A stretch of DNA of 64,000 nt from Candidatus Kapaibacterium sp. (GCA_963665665.1 OY762428.1:4064001-4128000), one strand, 5' to 3'. Numbered from the stretch's first letter, positions 37,489 through 47,997 are shown. Notes: generated by a model not told the origin, from the letters alone. Made by a program: numbers and translations.

Positions 37489-38037
37489 TTATTTTTTCAA
37501 TGCTTTAACGCACATTCCTGCAAGAGCTATTTTAATAGCAGCACCGGGAATGAATGGAATAAGCCCCATTGACATTAAAGTTGTCCAGCCAGTGTAAGCT
37601 GAAAGCCAGAAAATTCCTGTTGCAAAAATTACCATTGTTGCAGCAGTTAGGCCAAGAAGGATAAATGTCAGGGATTTTGTCCTTCCGGCAATTGAACCTG
37701 CAATAAATGCTGCAGGCAGGAATCCCAGAAGATATCCGCCAGTTGGCCCGGCAAAGTGAAGTAAACCTGCTGCACCGCCTGCAAAGAACGGAAGGCCTGC
37801 GAGTCCTTCGATCAGATAAGCTGCTACTGCAATGGTTCCGCGCACTCTGCCAAGAATTGAAGCAATTAAAAGTACTCCAAAAGTTTGTCCGGTAATCGGT
37901 ACCGGCCATCCCGGAATTTCAATCTGAGCGGAAAGTGCTATCAAAAGGCTGGCTGATAAAATTATGGCAGTTTCTTTTGCCAGTTTTAACGGGCTGTCCC
38001 AAGCTGTTGTTAATGTTGCGATTGCTGTTTTCATCAT
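37489..38037 (-). CDS. bioY: Biotin transporter BioY
   Basis: PVPITGQT, GLPFFAGG, GPTGGYLLGF. Confidence 0.93.
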   Translation of the reverse strand: MMKTAIATLTTAWDSPLKLAKETAIILSASLLIALSAQIEIPGWPVPITGQTFGVLLIASILGRVRGTIAVAAYLIEGLAGLPFFAGGAAGLLHFAGPTGGYLLGFLPAAFIAGSIAGRTKSLTFILLGLTAATMVIFATGIFWLSAYTGWTTLMSMGLIPFIPGAAIKIALAGMCVKALKK

Positions 38038-38055
38038 TTTTCCTGATTAATAATA

Positions 38056-38556
38056 TTAAACATCCGATCTTTCTTCAATTAATTTCTTCCTGGTGTAAGG
38101 AATAAGCCCTCCGGCTTCCATAATCGCTTTTCTTGCTTCTGGTATAGGAGTAACGGGATATTCCTTAGCGCTGATTTTATTAATTACTTTATCATCATAT
38201 ATTTCAAGTTCATCACCGTCTTCAGCTTCTATGCCGGGGCAAATTACAATTTTCAGCCCTAAGTTAATCGCATTCTGCATGAATATCCTGGCAAAATTCC
38301 TGGCCACTATCACAAGCTCGTGACCTTTAATTGTTGTAGCTGCCTGTTCGCGGGAAGATCCGCAACCAAAATTTTTTCCTGCCACAACTATGCTTCCTTC
38401 TTCTATTTCCCCGTCAACAAGCTGTTTGTTCAAAGACGGTATATCCCCGAAGATATGCCTTGGAGTTTCACTCGGCAAAATAGTAGCCATATAGCGTCCG
38501 GGATAAATAATATCAGTGGAAATATCATCACCGAATTTATAAATTACTTTAGCCAT
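38056..38556 (-). CDS. leuD: 3-isopropylmalate/homoaconitate dehydratase small subunit (LeuD/HacB type 2)
   Basis: FGDDISTDIIYPGRY, NFGCGSSREQA, FARIFMQNAINLG. Confidence 0.8.
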   Translation of the reverse strand: MAKVIYKFGDDISTDIIYPGRYMATILPSETPRHIFGDIPSLNKQLVDGEIEEGSIVVAGKNFGCGSSREQAATTIKGHELVIVARNFARIFMQNAINLGLKIVICPGIEAEDGDELEIYDDKVINKISAKEYPVTPIPEARKAIMEAGGLIPYTRKKLIEERSDV

Positions 38557-38557
38557 A

Positions 38558-39847
38558 TTATTTCTCCTTGCCCGGTAGTGTGATAAAACCTGTTATGGCA
38601 CTGGCAGCGGCAACTGCTGCAGAGCTTAAATAAACGAAGCCGTTAGGATTGCCCATCCTGCCTTTGAAATTCCTGTTCGTTGTGGCAATAGCTGTTTCAC
38701 CGTCTCCGAGAGCTCCCTGATGTACACCGAGGCATGCCCCACAGCCGGGATTCATAACCACGGCACCGGCATTCATGAAATCCATCAGGTAGCCGGCTTC
38801 CATTGCTTCGCGGTATATCTTTGCAGAAGCAGGGAAAACTATCATTCTTGTTGACTCGTGAACTGATTTTCCACGAACAATATCTGCTGCAGTTTTCAGA
38901 TCGTCCAGCCTGCCATTGGTACAGGAACCGATTACTACCTGGTCAACTTTTACATTTTCAATATCTGATACAGGTTTAACATTATCAACCATGTGCGGGC
39001 ATGCTACCTGTGGCTCAAGTTCGGAAGCATTTATTTCAATTATTTCCGAATATTCTGCATCTTCGTCGGGAACAATCATATCAATTTCATCATTAACACC
39101 CGCTTCTTCCTTAAGATATCGCAATGTTTCAGTATCAGGAGGTACGATACCGGAGGTAGCACCGGCTTCCACACTCATATTGCATATTGTTAATCGTCCG
39201 GAAGTACTCATATTCCTGATTGTATCACCATGGAATTCAATAACCCTGTAGTTAGCTCCTTCAGCGCTGATTTTACCAATAAGGAATAGAATCAGGTCCT
39301 TAGGTTGTACATGTTTCTGAAAGTTTCCGCTTACAACAACTTTAATAGTTGCCGGAACTTCAACATTCAGTACTCTGCCGAGAGACCAGACTGATGCCAT
39401 TTCCGTGGCTCCTACTCCGAAAGAGAATGCACCGAGAGCTCCGTGTGTTGTAGTATGGCTGTCAGTTCCAACTACCACATACCCGGGCCTTACATATCCG
39501 TTTTGCGGCAATATCTGATGGCATATACCGCCACGGTCGCCACGAATATCATGGAATTTCTTTATACCCTGTTCGTTTACAAAATTTCGAAGTTTTTTCT
39601 GATTTGTAGCAGTTTTGCTGCTTTCTGCAGGAATCCTGTGATCAAAAATTATTGCGATATTATCGGGATTCCAAACTGTCGGCTTCAGGCCTGTTTCTTC
39701 AAAAACCTGAAAAAACTGATGCATAACCTGAGCACCGTTTTCATGGGACATTGCAAGGTTTACGGCAGGTTCAACCACCTCGCCTACCTCAACATGATCC
39801 CTTCCACAGGCTTTAGCCAATATTTTCTGAACAATTGTTTGCCCCAT
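38558..39847 (-). CDS. leuC: 3-isopropylmalate/homoaconitate dehydratase large subunit (LeuC/HacA type 2)
   Basis: GICHQ, GTDSHTTT, IGSCTNGR, PGCGACLG, TTNRNFKGRMG. Confidence 0.82.
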   Translation of the reverse strand: MGQTIVQKILAKACGRDHVEVGEVVEPAVNLAMSHENGAQVMHQFFQVFEETGLKPTVWNPDNIAIIFDHRIPAESSKTATNQKKLRNFVNEQGIKKFHDIRGDRGGICHQILPQNGYVRPGYVVVGTDSHTTTHGALGAFSFGVGATEMASVWSLGRVLNVEVPATIKVVVSGNFQKHVQPKDLILFLIGKISAEGANYRVIEFHGDTIRNMSTSGRLTICNMSVEAGATSGIVPPDTETLRYLKEEAGVNDEIDMIVPDEDAEYSEIIEINASELEPQVACPHMVDNVKPVSDIENVKVDQVVIGSCTNGRLDDLKTAADIVRGKSVHESTRMIVFPASAKIYREAMEAGYLMDFMNAGAVVMNPGCGACLGVHQGALGDGETAIATTNRNFKGRMGNPNGFVYLSSAAVAAASAITGFITLPGKEK

Positions 39848-39945
39848 TACAATCTCCAATTGGAAAATCTACATTTTATAAAATCCAAATCAAACGATTT
39901 GCAAATTAATAAAAAGGCTGATTATTAATAAGGAAAAAATTATAA

Positions 39946-41220
39946 TTATTGTGAAGCCTTTTCCAGTGGTATAGGTAATGTGACAATTATTGTAGTATAT
40001 TTATTCAATGCACTTTTAATATTAATTTTGCCATTGTGCAAAGATGTTATCTTTGATGCTATTGCAAATCCGAGACCGGAACCCTGCTGTTCATAAACTT
40101 TTCTTTCGAATTGAATATAAGCACCTACTTTTTCAATTTGTTTTTCAGTCATACCCCGGCCGTAATCAGTAATTGCTAAATGACAAAAGCCATCTTCAAT
40201 TTTATTGCTTATAAGCAGCTTTGTGCCTTTTTCGGAGTATTTGAAACTGTTATCAAGAATTTCATAAACAGCCTTTGTAAAATATTCACCACCAATAGAT
40301 ACAGGGGTATCAATTATATCGATTGCTATATCATCAGCACGCGATTCGAATTTGGGATGTGCAGCAACCGCTTCGTAAACTGATGATTCCAGTGATTCAC
40401 TGACTTTTTCGCGTAACACATGCAATTCAGCCGGATTCGAGGCAAGGATCTCCAGCGAAGCGAATAGAAGATAATGTTCAAAAAGTCTTTGCAGGCGTCT
40501 TGCATTTTCATGGACATCAGACAGAATGTCTACAATATCTTCATCGCTGGTTCTTTCCAGGTTCTTAATCAGGTAATCAACATTACCAAGCACAAGCATC
40601 AGGGGAGTCCGGATTTCATGCGGGAGCGACATGCTGAGGTTGGCTGTCAGATCGGAATATTTCTCGGTTAGATTTTTTTGTTTTTCAACTAATTTAATTG
40701 TCCTTTCTGCAATACGTTGCTCCATGAATTTTCCGGCTTCATCCTTTTCACTATGAAGAACTGCCGTTTCTATCCTTGCTGCAAAAATACCCAAGGCAAT
40801 ACTTATCAATGTCAGCAAAGACTGCTCAACATCCTCCGGGCAGCGTAAGCAATTAAATACCAACAATCCTACAGGCCCGTTTGTTCCGATCAAGGGAAAA
40901 ACAGAATGGAAATATCCTTCGCTTTTATCAGATTTAGTATATGACATGTTTCCCGTTTGCAAAGCCTTGCCAATTATGCCTGTATTAACCAGTTCAGGGA
41001 ATACTTCTTTTACTAATTGTGCTTCTGAAAAGGGTATGGACAATTGATGATCAAATTCAAAAGTATCCTGGTTTAGTAAAAATAAGGAGGCGGAGTGAAT
41101 GTTGTCGATTTTTAAAAATAATTCTAATCCTTTTTTTATTGTTTTATCTAATTCCCGAACATTTTTATTTCTGGAATAATCATCAATTAAGGCAAGAAAT
41201 TTGTAATTAAAATCATCCAT
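39946..41220 (-). CDS. GAF-like domain sensor histidine kinase
   Basis: PHEIRTPL H-box, DNSFKYS, DYGRGM, QQGSGLG. Confidence 0.85.
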   Translation of the reverse strand: MDDFNYKFLALIDDYSRNKNVRELDKTIKKGLELFLKIDNIHSASLFLLNQDTFEFDHQLSIPFSEAQLVKEVFPELVNTGIIGKALQTGNMSYTKSDKSEGYFHSVFPLIGTNGPVGLLVFNCLRCPEDVEQSLLTLISIALGIFAARIETAVLHSEKDEAGKFMEQRIAERTIKLVEKQKNLTEKYSDLTANLSMSLPHEIRTPLMLVLGNVDYLIKNLERTSDEDIVDILSDVHENARRLQRLFEHYLLFASLEILASNPAELHVLREKVSESLESSVYEAVAAHPKFESRADDIAIDIIDTPVSIGGEYFTKAVYEILDNSFKYSEKGTKLLISNKIEDGFCHLAITDYGRGMTEKQIEKVGAYIQFERKVYEQQGSGLGFAIASKITSLHNGKINIKSALNKYTTIIVTLPIPLEKASQ

Positions 41221-41230
41221 ACCGCTAATC

Positions 41231-42079
41231 CTAATTAATATTCAGTATCTTTACAGATTCGTTATACTCATCAATTATATATTCAAGTGAATCAACAAAA
41301 AAATTATCTTCAAAATCACAAGTATTCCAAATTACAGGATTGGGGCGCCGTATGTGAGTGTTCCCGGATTTTCCAAAATCGAGTATGCCTGCAATAATAT
41401 TCGACAGGTGAATACAATATGTGATTTTATCATTAGGAATATCAGACTCACCTTTTTCATGATAAAATATCGATCTGGATATCGACTCCGGCAAATTCCA
41501 GTTCCTGGTAATATATTCACCTATTTTGCAATGGTTTGTTCCCAGTATCTCATTTTCTGCTTCCACAAGAAATTTATCCTGCAAAGAGGCCATTCTCAAT
41601 GTCTCGATATATTCTTTATTTATTGCTTTGAACAATACTATCTTTCCGATATCATGGAGCAGGCCGGCCAGGAAAAAATTCTCGATTTTTTTCACACCTG
41701 CTTTTATGGCAATATATCGGGAAATAATTCCCGTAGCAATGGAATGCTTCCAAAAATCAACAAGATTGAAATGTGATGTTGATTTCAAATCGCTAAACAT
41801 ATCAATAACAGACAAAGCTATTACAAGATTTTTAATTTCCTTGTAACCTATTTGGAGAATAGCATCACTAAGGCTGTCAATTTTTTTGTTAAGTCCATAC
41901 ATTGTAGAATTTACGGTCTTAAGTATTTTAACTGTGGCAGCCATATCGTAGGAAATAACAGATGCTACATCATTTACCGAAGAATTCGGGTCTGCCATTA
42001 CTTCAAGCAGTTTCGAGTAAACAGTAGGTAATGTCGGGAATTCACCCATCTTTTGAATTATGTATTTTTCTTTATTCAT
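41231..42079 (-). CDS. HDOD domain protein
   Basis: FPTLPTV, ILKTVNS, FWKHS, AGLLHDIGK, WNLPESI. Confidence 0.9.
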   Translation of the reverse strand: MNKEKYIIQKMGEFPTLPTVYSKLLEVMADPNSSVNDVASVISYDMAATVKILKTVNSTMYGLNKKIDSLSDAILQIGYKEIKNLVIALSVIDMFSDLKSTSHFNLVDFWKHSIATGIISRYIAIKAGVKKIENFFLAGLLHDIGKIVLFKAINKEYIETLRMASLQDKFLVEAENEILGTNHCKIGEYITRNWNLPESISRSIFYHEKGESDIPNDKITYCIHLSNIIAGILDFGKSGNTHIRRPNPVIWNTCDFEDNFFVDSLEYIIDEYNESVKILNIN

Positions 42080-42410
42080 TAACTCCGTTTTTCATCATTT
42101 GTTTTGCCCTGTTCAGAATCCCCATTTGATAAATATCCTGTTCAAATTTGTTATCAGGTTTCCATTTAATTCTATTTTTAAGCCACTGTTCTGATCTTAC
42201 TTTAACATCAGTGGAAATAATTTCTTCATTTTCTTCTTCGTTTTCAGATTTTACCCTGACTTTAAGAACGTTCCATGTTTTCAACATAAAAATATGTTTC
42301 TGGCTTAATGTCAGGCCGGCACCTATTAATGTTTGCCCGTAACTGTTAACAACGGAATCGGCAAGCACCATTCCTTCCTCAAGTTGATCGATATTTATAA
42401 ATTCAGCCAT
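42072..42410 (-). CDS. Small protein resembling the N-terminal module of HD-GYP/HDOD-associated proteins
   Basis: IDQLEEGMVLADSV...GQTLIGAG.TL. Confidence 0.65.
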   Translation of the reverse strand: MAEFINIDQLEEGMVLADSVVNSYGQTLIGAGLTLSQKHIFMLKTWNVLKVRVKSENEEENEEIISTDVKVRSEQWLKNRIKWKPDNKFEQDIYQMGILNRAKQMMKNGVNE

Positions 42411-42818
42411 CTAAGCAGTATTTTGATAAAAGAAATTTTCACCAAGGTCGATAGTAATTTTTTCTTTTAGCGTTTCCTTAGTAATTGGTTTGGAAATAAA
42501 GGTTTTTACACCATGTTTAATTGCAATGTTAAAGACATTTCTTGATAAATATGAGGAGATAATTACAACCGGAATATTTGATATGGATTCAATATGCCTT
42601 ATCATCTTCAATAATTTATCCCCACTTATATCCGGGAGCACTATGTCCAACAGGATTAAATCAGGTTTTTCGGAGCTTGCAAGTGATAAGCCGCTATATG
42701 GATCAAGAGCAGGAAATGCTTTGATGCCCCAGGACTCAATATATCCGCATACAATTCTCTGTATCCAGATATCATCGTCAATAACTAAAATCGATTTTTT
42801 GGGGATATTATCTTTCAT
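42411..42818 (-). CDS. Single-domain response regulator
   Basis: LVIDDD, PDLILLDIVLPDISG, ISKP. Confidence 0.88.
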   Translation of the reverse strand: MKDNIPKKSILVIDDDIWIQRIVCGYIESWGIKAFPALDPYSGLSLASSEKPDLILLDIVLPDISGDKLLKMIRHIESISNIPVVIISSYLSRNVFNIAIKHGVKTFISKPITKETLKEKITIDLGENFFYQNTA

Positions 42819-42891
42819 AATAATTTCTATACAAATAGTTTAAATACTTTACGGCAATATATAAAATTTTATTGCAGGGAAAATTAAAAAT

Positions 42892-43341
42892 TTATTTTTC
42901 TATCAATTCGTCGGATAGCGCAGAAATGTCAATATTAATGAAATCATCATCTTCTTCAATTTCCTCATCTTCTTCAGTGCTGATTACACTACTGATTTTT
43001 TCAAATAATGTTTTTTGAGAAAATGGTTTGGATAAAGCCCCTGATGCGCCATAGCTCAGAGCAGAACGCAGGATTTCTCTGTTCAGGTTTGACGAGCTTA
43101 CTAATATTGGAATTTCTTTAGTAGCATCGATTTTCCTGACAACCTGGATAGCGATTAAAGGATTAATATCATTGGCCTGAATATCTATAATTATCATGTC
43201 TGGCACGGAGTTTACAATTCCGGCAAGCCCTTCACTACAATTTGTAAAGGTAAGAGTTTCCATACTCCATTGTATCAAATACGAAGAAACAACCCGCGCA
43301 TTCCATTTGTCTTTATCTATTATAATAATTTTCTTTTTCAT
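42892..43341 (-). CDS. Single-domain response regulator with acidic tail
   Basis: IIIDKD, PDMIIID, LSKPF; C-terminal EEDEEIEEDDD. Confidence 0.8.
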   Translation of the reverse strand: MKKKIIIIDKDKWNARVVSSYLIQWSMETLTFTNCSEGLAGIVNSVPDMIIIDIQANDINPLIAIQVVRKIDATKEIPILVSSSNLNREILRSALSYGASGALSKPFSQKTLFEKISSVISTEEDEEIEEDDDFINIDISALSDELIEK

Positions 43342-43667
43342 TAAAAACTGCTTTGTTATGTATTTGTCCGGTTATTATTGATATAATATAAAAAAATCCT
43401 GACAAATCAGGAACAGATTTTGTAAAAATTTATTAACATTTCCCAACTTCAGGAGTTCATAATCCAATATACATCTGTGAAATACATATTGAATTTATAT
43501 CCAAATTTGTTAAAATAGTGTATTGAAATTGAAAAAATAATGACCACCATAATGCAATTTTTCGTCAACTGATTTCTGACTTTTGATGATATTTTACTGA
43601 ATTGTTTTTTCAGGTTGATATGTAACAATAAAATTAATAAGAAATTTACCCGGTTTTTTAAAAAGGA

Positions 43668-43709
43668 AATTTTTTTATAAATTAAATCAATTTTTTTATA
43701 AATTAAATC
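43668..43709. repeat. Perfect 21-bp direct repeat, two copies, in a divergent promoter region
   Basis: AATTTTTTTATAAATTAAATC twice in tandem. Confidence 0.8.
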
Positions 43710-43746
43710 GGAATTAACAGCAGTTTTATATTCATTCCAGGCAATA

Positions 43747-45093
43747 TTGTTGATAAAGAAAATAATTAATCTATTAAATCTTGAAAAAACAGAGAATTAC
43801 AGTTTTGAACAGAATTTGTTCATCTCAATATCTCTTATCGTTTCAATTTTTACCATTTTTGCATTTTTGTTTGATATTATACTCAGGCACGACCTGTTAA
43901 TGTCTGCAAACTCATTTCTTGCAAGTATCATCTACTTAGTAATATTTATTCTTTCATTCCGGGGCATGGATTATCAGAAATTGATTCCCATATTTATTTC
44001 AGGATTCGTAGTGTTATTGGCCCTTACCTATTTTCTTTTCGGTGGTTACTACGGGGGGACAGTTCTATTTATGCTTGGGGGAATAATTGCTATCACAATT
44101 TTTTCCTCCCGGGCAACATCCATTTTTACATTTTCAATATTGATTTTCCTGACTATGCTGTTTTTTATACTTCAATATAACTATCCGGAATTAGTCATAA
44201 ACTACAATTCAGAATCTGAACGGTTTTATGACTATTTGATATCAACTGCATTATCCATGACAGCAATATTTTTTCTGATTTACAAATTGGTAAATAAATA
44301 CAGAATTGAAAAAGAACTGCTTATAAAAGAAAAAAACATCGTTGAAAATCAGCATAATATTATTCAGGATAAGAATATCATACTTTCTGAATCTGCCAAA
44401 ATGAAAGATAAAATGTTCTCGGTAGTTTCGCATGACCTTAAAACCCCGGTTATGGCTTTTAGTGAAGGTTTGCTGATACTTGAAGAAGACTTTGCAAAAA
44501 TGTCGGATTCGGAAAAGATAGGAATGATTCGTTCACTCAGGCGAAATGCCGGCGCTATAAACGAATTACTTGATAATCTTCTTGCATGGTCGAGGTTTCA
44601 GAAAGGAAAGTTTGAAAAGCATCCATCGTATTTAAGAATCAACGAACTGATAGATTTCTCGATTGAACTATACAGGCAGCGAATTGAAACTAAAAAAATT
44701 ATAATAGAAAAAAAATATCATATAGAACCGCAAATATGGGCCGATTATAACATGATGTCGATAATTATTAACAATCTAATTTCAAATGCCATTAAATATT
44801 CGTTCGAAAACAGCAAAATAATTATTAATATGGAAGCAGATAACGGTTTCCTTGCAGTTTCAATAAAGGACCATGGTACTGGGATTCCTGAGAATATTAT
44901 AAATGATATTTTCAAACTTGAAGGCGAAAAATCCTCGTTTGGAACATCAGGCGAAAGAGGTGTAGGGCTTGGCCTTGTTCTTTGTAATGAATTTGTGTCT
45001 TTGAATAAAGGAAAGATTTATTGCGAAAGTAAAAACGGCGAAGGCAGCATATTTTATTTCACTGTTCCACTTAGTGATAATGATGTAGATTGA
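43747..45093 (+). CDS. Membrane sensor histidine kinase
   Basis: Multiple TM helices, VSHDLKTP, NLISNAIKYS, DHGTG, GVGLGL. Confidence 0.9.
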   Translation: MLIKKIINLLNLEKTENYSFEQNLFISISLIVSIFTIFAFLFDIILRHDLLMSANSFLASIIYLVIFILSFRGMDYQKLIPIFISGFVVLLALTYFLFGGYYGGTVLFMLGGIIAITIFSSRATSIFTFSILIFLTMLFFILQYNYPELVINYNSESERFYDYLISTALSMTAIFFLIYKLVNKYRIEKELLIKEKNIVENQHNIIQDKNIILSESAKMKDKMFSVVSHDLKTPVMAFSEGLLILEEDFAKMSDSEKIGMIRSLRRNAGAINELLDNLLAWSRFQKGKFEKHPSYLRINELIDFSIELYRQRIETKKIIIEKKYHIEPQIWADYNMMSIIINNLISNAIKYSFENSKIIINMEADNGFLAVSIKDHGTGIPENIINDIFKLEGEKSSFGTSGERGVGLGLVLCNEFVSLNKGKIYCESKNGEGSIFYFTVPLSDNDVD

Positions 45094-45370
45094 ATTTGAT
45101 CTGACCTTTCGATAAAACAATCCGGATAGTAACAAAGCAAGATTTTCTTGCTTGGCCCGTAAGAGTTTTTGTATCTCCGGAAGAATTTATGCTGAATTTT
45201 TAAAACTGATTTTCTCGGGCTGAAACCTTGATTATATTGAGGATTCCTTCAGTGGGAAAGTCAATAGAAAGTAATCATAAACTTATCGTCTTATCAATTA
45301 ATTCATTTTGCCGGAATGAATAGTGTTAGTAATTTAGTATATATGAAAATGAATAATTTGAGATTTAAGA

Positions 45371-46108
45371 ATGAAAAAAGTTTTTATATTCGGAGCAGCC
45401 TCTGCAATTGCCAGGGAAACAGCAATACTGTTTGCCAAGGAAAAATGTGAACTTTATCTTTGCGACCTGAAAAAAAGCAGGGTGGAAGCAGTTAAAGATC
45501 ATATATTAACTTATGCTGAAACAACAATTCACACTGATGAAGGTGATGCTCTGGCTTTTGATGATCACAATAAATTCTTCCAACGCGCACTGGATAAAAT
45601 GGGCAGGGTTGATGTTGTACTGATAGCCCACGGCACATTACCTGATCAGGAAAAAACAAGGAAAAGCCCTGCTGATACTGTCCGTGAATTCAATATAAAC
45701 GGCCTGAGTATAATATCACTGGCAACTGTAGCTGCTAATTATTTCGAGGACAACAACAAGGGAACTCTTGCTGTTATCTCTTCGGTTGCCGGAGATCGCG
45801 GAAGACAGAGCAATTATATATATGGAAGCGCTAAAGGAGCTGTAAGCCTGTTTTTACAGGGGCTCAGGAACAGACTGAGCGAAACAAATGTAAAAATACT
45901 GACTATTAAACCAGGTATGGTTGACACACCCATGACTGCAGATATGCCAAAATCTCCTCTGTTTTCCAAACCGGAAATTATCGGAAAAGGTATTTTCGAG
46001 GCCATTAAGAATGAGAAAGATATAGTATATTTGCCGGGTTTCTGGCGATTGGTAATGCTCGTTATCAGGCATATCCCCGAGACAATTTTCAAGAAATTGA
46101 AATTGTGA
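45371..46108 (+). CDS. SDR oxidoreductase (DprE2-like)
   Basis: FGAASAIA, SSVAGDRGRQSNYIYGSAK, KPGMVDTPMT. Confidence 0.85.
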   Translation: MKKVFIFGAASAIARETAILFAKEKCELYLCDLKKSRVEAVKDHILTYAETTIHTDEGDALAFDDHNKFFQRALDKMGRVDVVLIAHGTLPDQEKTRKSPADTVREFNINGLSIISLATVAANYFEDNNKGTLAVISSVAGDRGRQSNYIYGSAKGAVSLFLQGLRNRLSETNVKILTIKPGMVDTPMTADMPKSPLFSKPEIIGKGIFEAIKNEKDIVYLPGFWRLVMLVIRHIPETIFKKLKL

Positions 46109-46122
46109 TATTCAGTATATAA

Positions 46123-46155
46123 AGATGTCCAACACTTTGAATTTGTTGGACATCT
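46123..46155. terminator. Hairpin between convergent genes
   Basis: AGATGTCCAACA...TGTTGGACATCT. Confidence 0.6.
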
Positions 46156-46190
46156 GAGTAGAAAATTATTCTTTTCGAAAACCAAAGCTT

Positions 46191-47093
46191 TTAATTCATT
46201 TTGAATATCGCCTTTACGATATGTCCGGCCATATCCGGATTTTCTTTCAGGCGGCGTGTGGAATAGCCGTACCAGTCCTCGCCATAAGGAACATAAACTC
46301 TCGTCCTGTGGCCATTGGCAATAATTTCTCTTCTTTTATTGTCCTTAACTCCAAGAAGCATCTGGAATTCATATTTATCTTTTGAAAGGCCGCGGGATTT
46401 AATTTCTTCCTGTGCAAATTCAATTAACGCGTCGTCATGGGTTGCTATGCCGGGATACAGATCAAGGTCGAAAATAAGTTTCAGCAGGCGGCGGTAGTTA
46501 GCTCTTACTTCTTCATAATCCTGGTATGCAATATCAATTTCTTCTTTGTAAATACCCTTGCAAAGTCGGATATTCGGTTTATATTCGGCCACGGATTTTA
46601 TATCTTCTTCTGACCTGCGCATGTAAGCCTGGATAACTATACCAACATTTTCATAGCCTTCTTCGCGGAAACGCCTGAACATATCAAGTGTCATTGTTGT
46701 ATATGGAGAATTTTCCATATCAAGCCTGACAAAAAGGCCATATTTCTTAGCTTTGTCCACAAGTTCTTTAATGTTATCATAACCGAAATCGAAATCTATT
46801 CCCATACCGAGGGAAGTAGGTTTTACGGATAAATATGATGGAAGGTTATGATCTTTGATAGCATCAAGCACCCTGCTGACTTCTTCTTTTTCGTGTAATG
46901 CCTGTTCCCTTTTGGTTACGAATTCACCAAGAACGTCAATCGTCGTCATGCTGCCTTCGGCTTCGAGTTCTTTTGTATTACGCACGGCATCTTCCAGGAA
47001 TGGCCCGGCAATATATTTTTTTGCAAAGATGTGAACTATTGGTTTGGGAACCATCGGAAGAGTTTTGATTATCAAATTATTAAATGCCTTCAT
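46191..47093 (-). CDS. Monofunctional proline dehydrogenase
   Basis: DVLGE, RLDMEN, IQAYMRRS, RLCKGIY, ATHD, EFQMLLG, RVYVPYG, RRLKE. Confidence 0.92.
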   Translation of the reverse strand: MKAFNNLIIKTLPMVPKPIVHIFAKKYIAGPFLEDAVRNTKELEAEGSMTTIDVLGEFVTKREQALHEKEEVSRVLDAIKDHNLPSYLSVKPTSLGMGIDFDFGYDNIKELVDKAKKYGLFVRLDMENSPYTTMTLDMFRRFREEGYENVGIVIQAYMRRSEEDIKSVAEYKPNIRLCKGIYKEEIDIAYQDYEEVRANYRRLLKLIFDLDLYPGIATHDDALIEFAQEEIKSRGLSKDKYEFQMLLGVKDNKRREIIANGHRTRVYVPYGEDWYGYSTRRLKENPDMAGHIVKAIFKMN

Positions 47094-47244
47094 CTTTTAT
47101 CACCCGTTTGATTATAAATTTCTTTTTTCACAACACACAATTTAGCAAAAAAAAATATATCTTGTTTCAATCAAATATAAATTTATTAAATTATTTGTTA
47201 CTATTCAATTTAACTTTGAAAATATGTAAAAACTGTATATAACG

Positions 47245-47333
47245 GTCATTCTGAGCGGCAGCGAAGAATCCATTCTTCAATAATTCTTTAAGAAAAAGAT
47301 GGATTCTTCAGTCGCAGGCTCCTTCAGAAGTAC
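47245..47333. repeat. REP-like palindromic element, family A
   Basis: GTCATTCTGAGCGGCAGCGAAGAATCCAT...ATGGATTCTTCAGTCGC; arms nearly identical to the 18466 copy. Confidence 0.8.
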
Positions 47334-47379
47334 ATTTACAGGTTTTTTCTTCAAAATTTAAACCATTGAGTGGTTACAA

Positions 47380-47979
47380 TTATTTTTTTTCTAAATGTAT
47401 AATGATCAAATTAAAAGTATTTTCAATACTATTGGAAGCATCAATACATACCACTCTACCCGGTTCTTTCATTGCAATTTCCCTAAAACCGTCAGCTACT
47501 TTCAAAAAGAAATCATCCCCGGATTTTTCCATTCTGTCTTTTTCCCTGCTTCCTGATCTTTCTTTTGCTATTTTTAGAGGCAGGTCAAGATAAAATGTCA
47601 TATCCGGTTTCAGGCCGCCGGTAGCAATCATGTTAGAATTTATCACCATATCCATATTAAGTCCTCTGCCATAACCCTGGTAAGCGGTTGTTGAGTCATA
47701 GAAACGATCGCAAATAACTACTTTGCCTTCGGCAATGGCCGGCTTTATTATTTTTTCTGTCAGCTGGGCGCGAGCTGCTTCGAACAAAAGCAGTTCTGCA
47801 ACAGGAGAAATTTCATTTTTTGAAGATAAAAGTATTTCCCTTATTTTCTCGGAAACTTCATTTCCTCCCGGCTCACGTATCAACAATACTTCATTTCCCT
47901 GTTTTTGCAAATAATCTTCAACAAGAGTAATTTGAGTTGATTTTCCTGCTCCGTCAATTCCTTCAAAAGTTATAAACAT
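47380..47979 (-). CDS. tmk: Thymidylate kinase
   Basis: FITFEGIDGAGKSTQ, REPGG, CDRFYDSTTAYQG. Confidence 0.95.
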   Translation of the reverse strand: MFITFEGIDGAGKSTQITLVEDYLQKQGNEVLLIREPGGNEVSEKIREILLSSKNEISPVAELLLFEAARAQLTEKIIKPAIAEGKVVICDRFYDSTTAYQGYGRGLNMDMVINSNMIATGGLKPDMTFYLDLPLKIAKERSGSREKDRMEKSGDDFFLKVADGFREIAMKEPGRVVCIDASNSIENTFNLIIIHLEKK

Positions 47980-47997
47980 AATAATCCTGAATATGTA

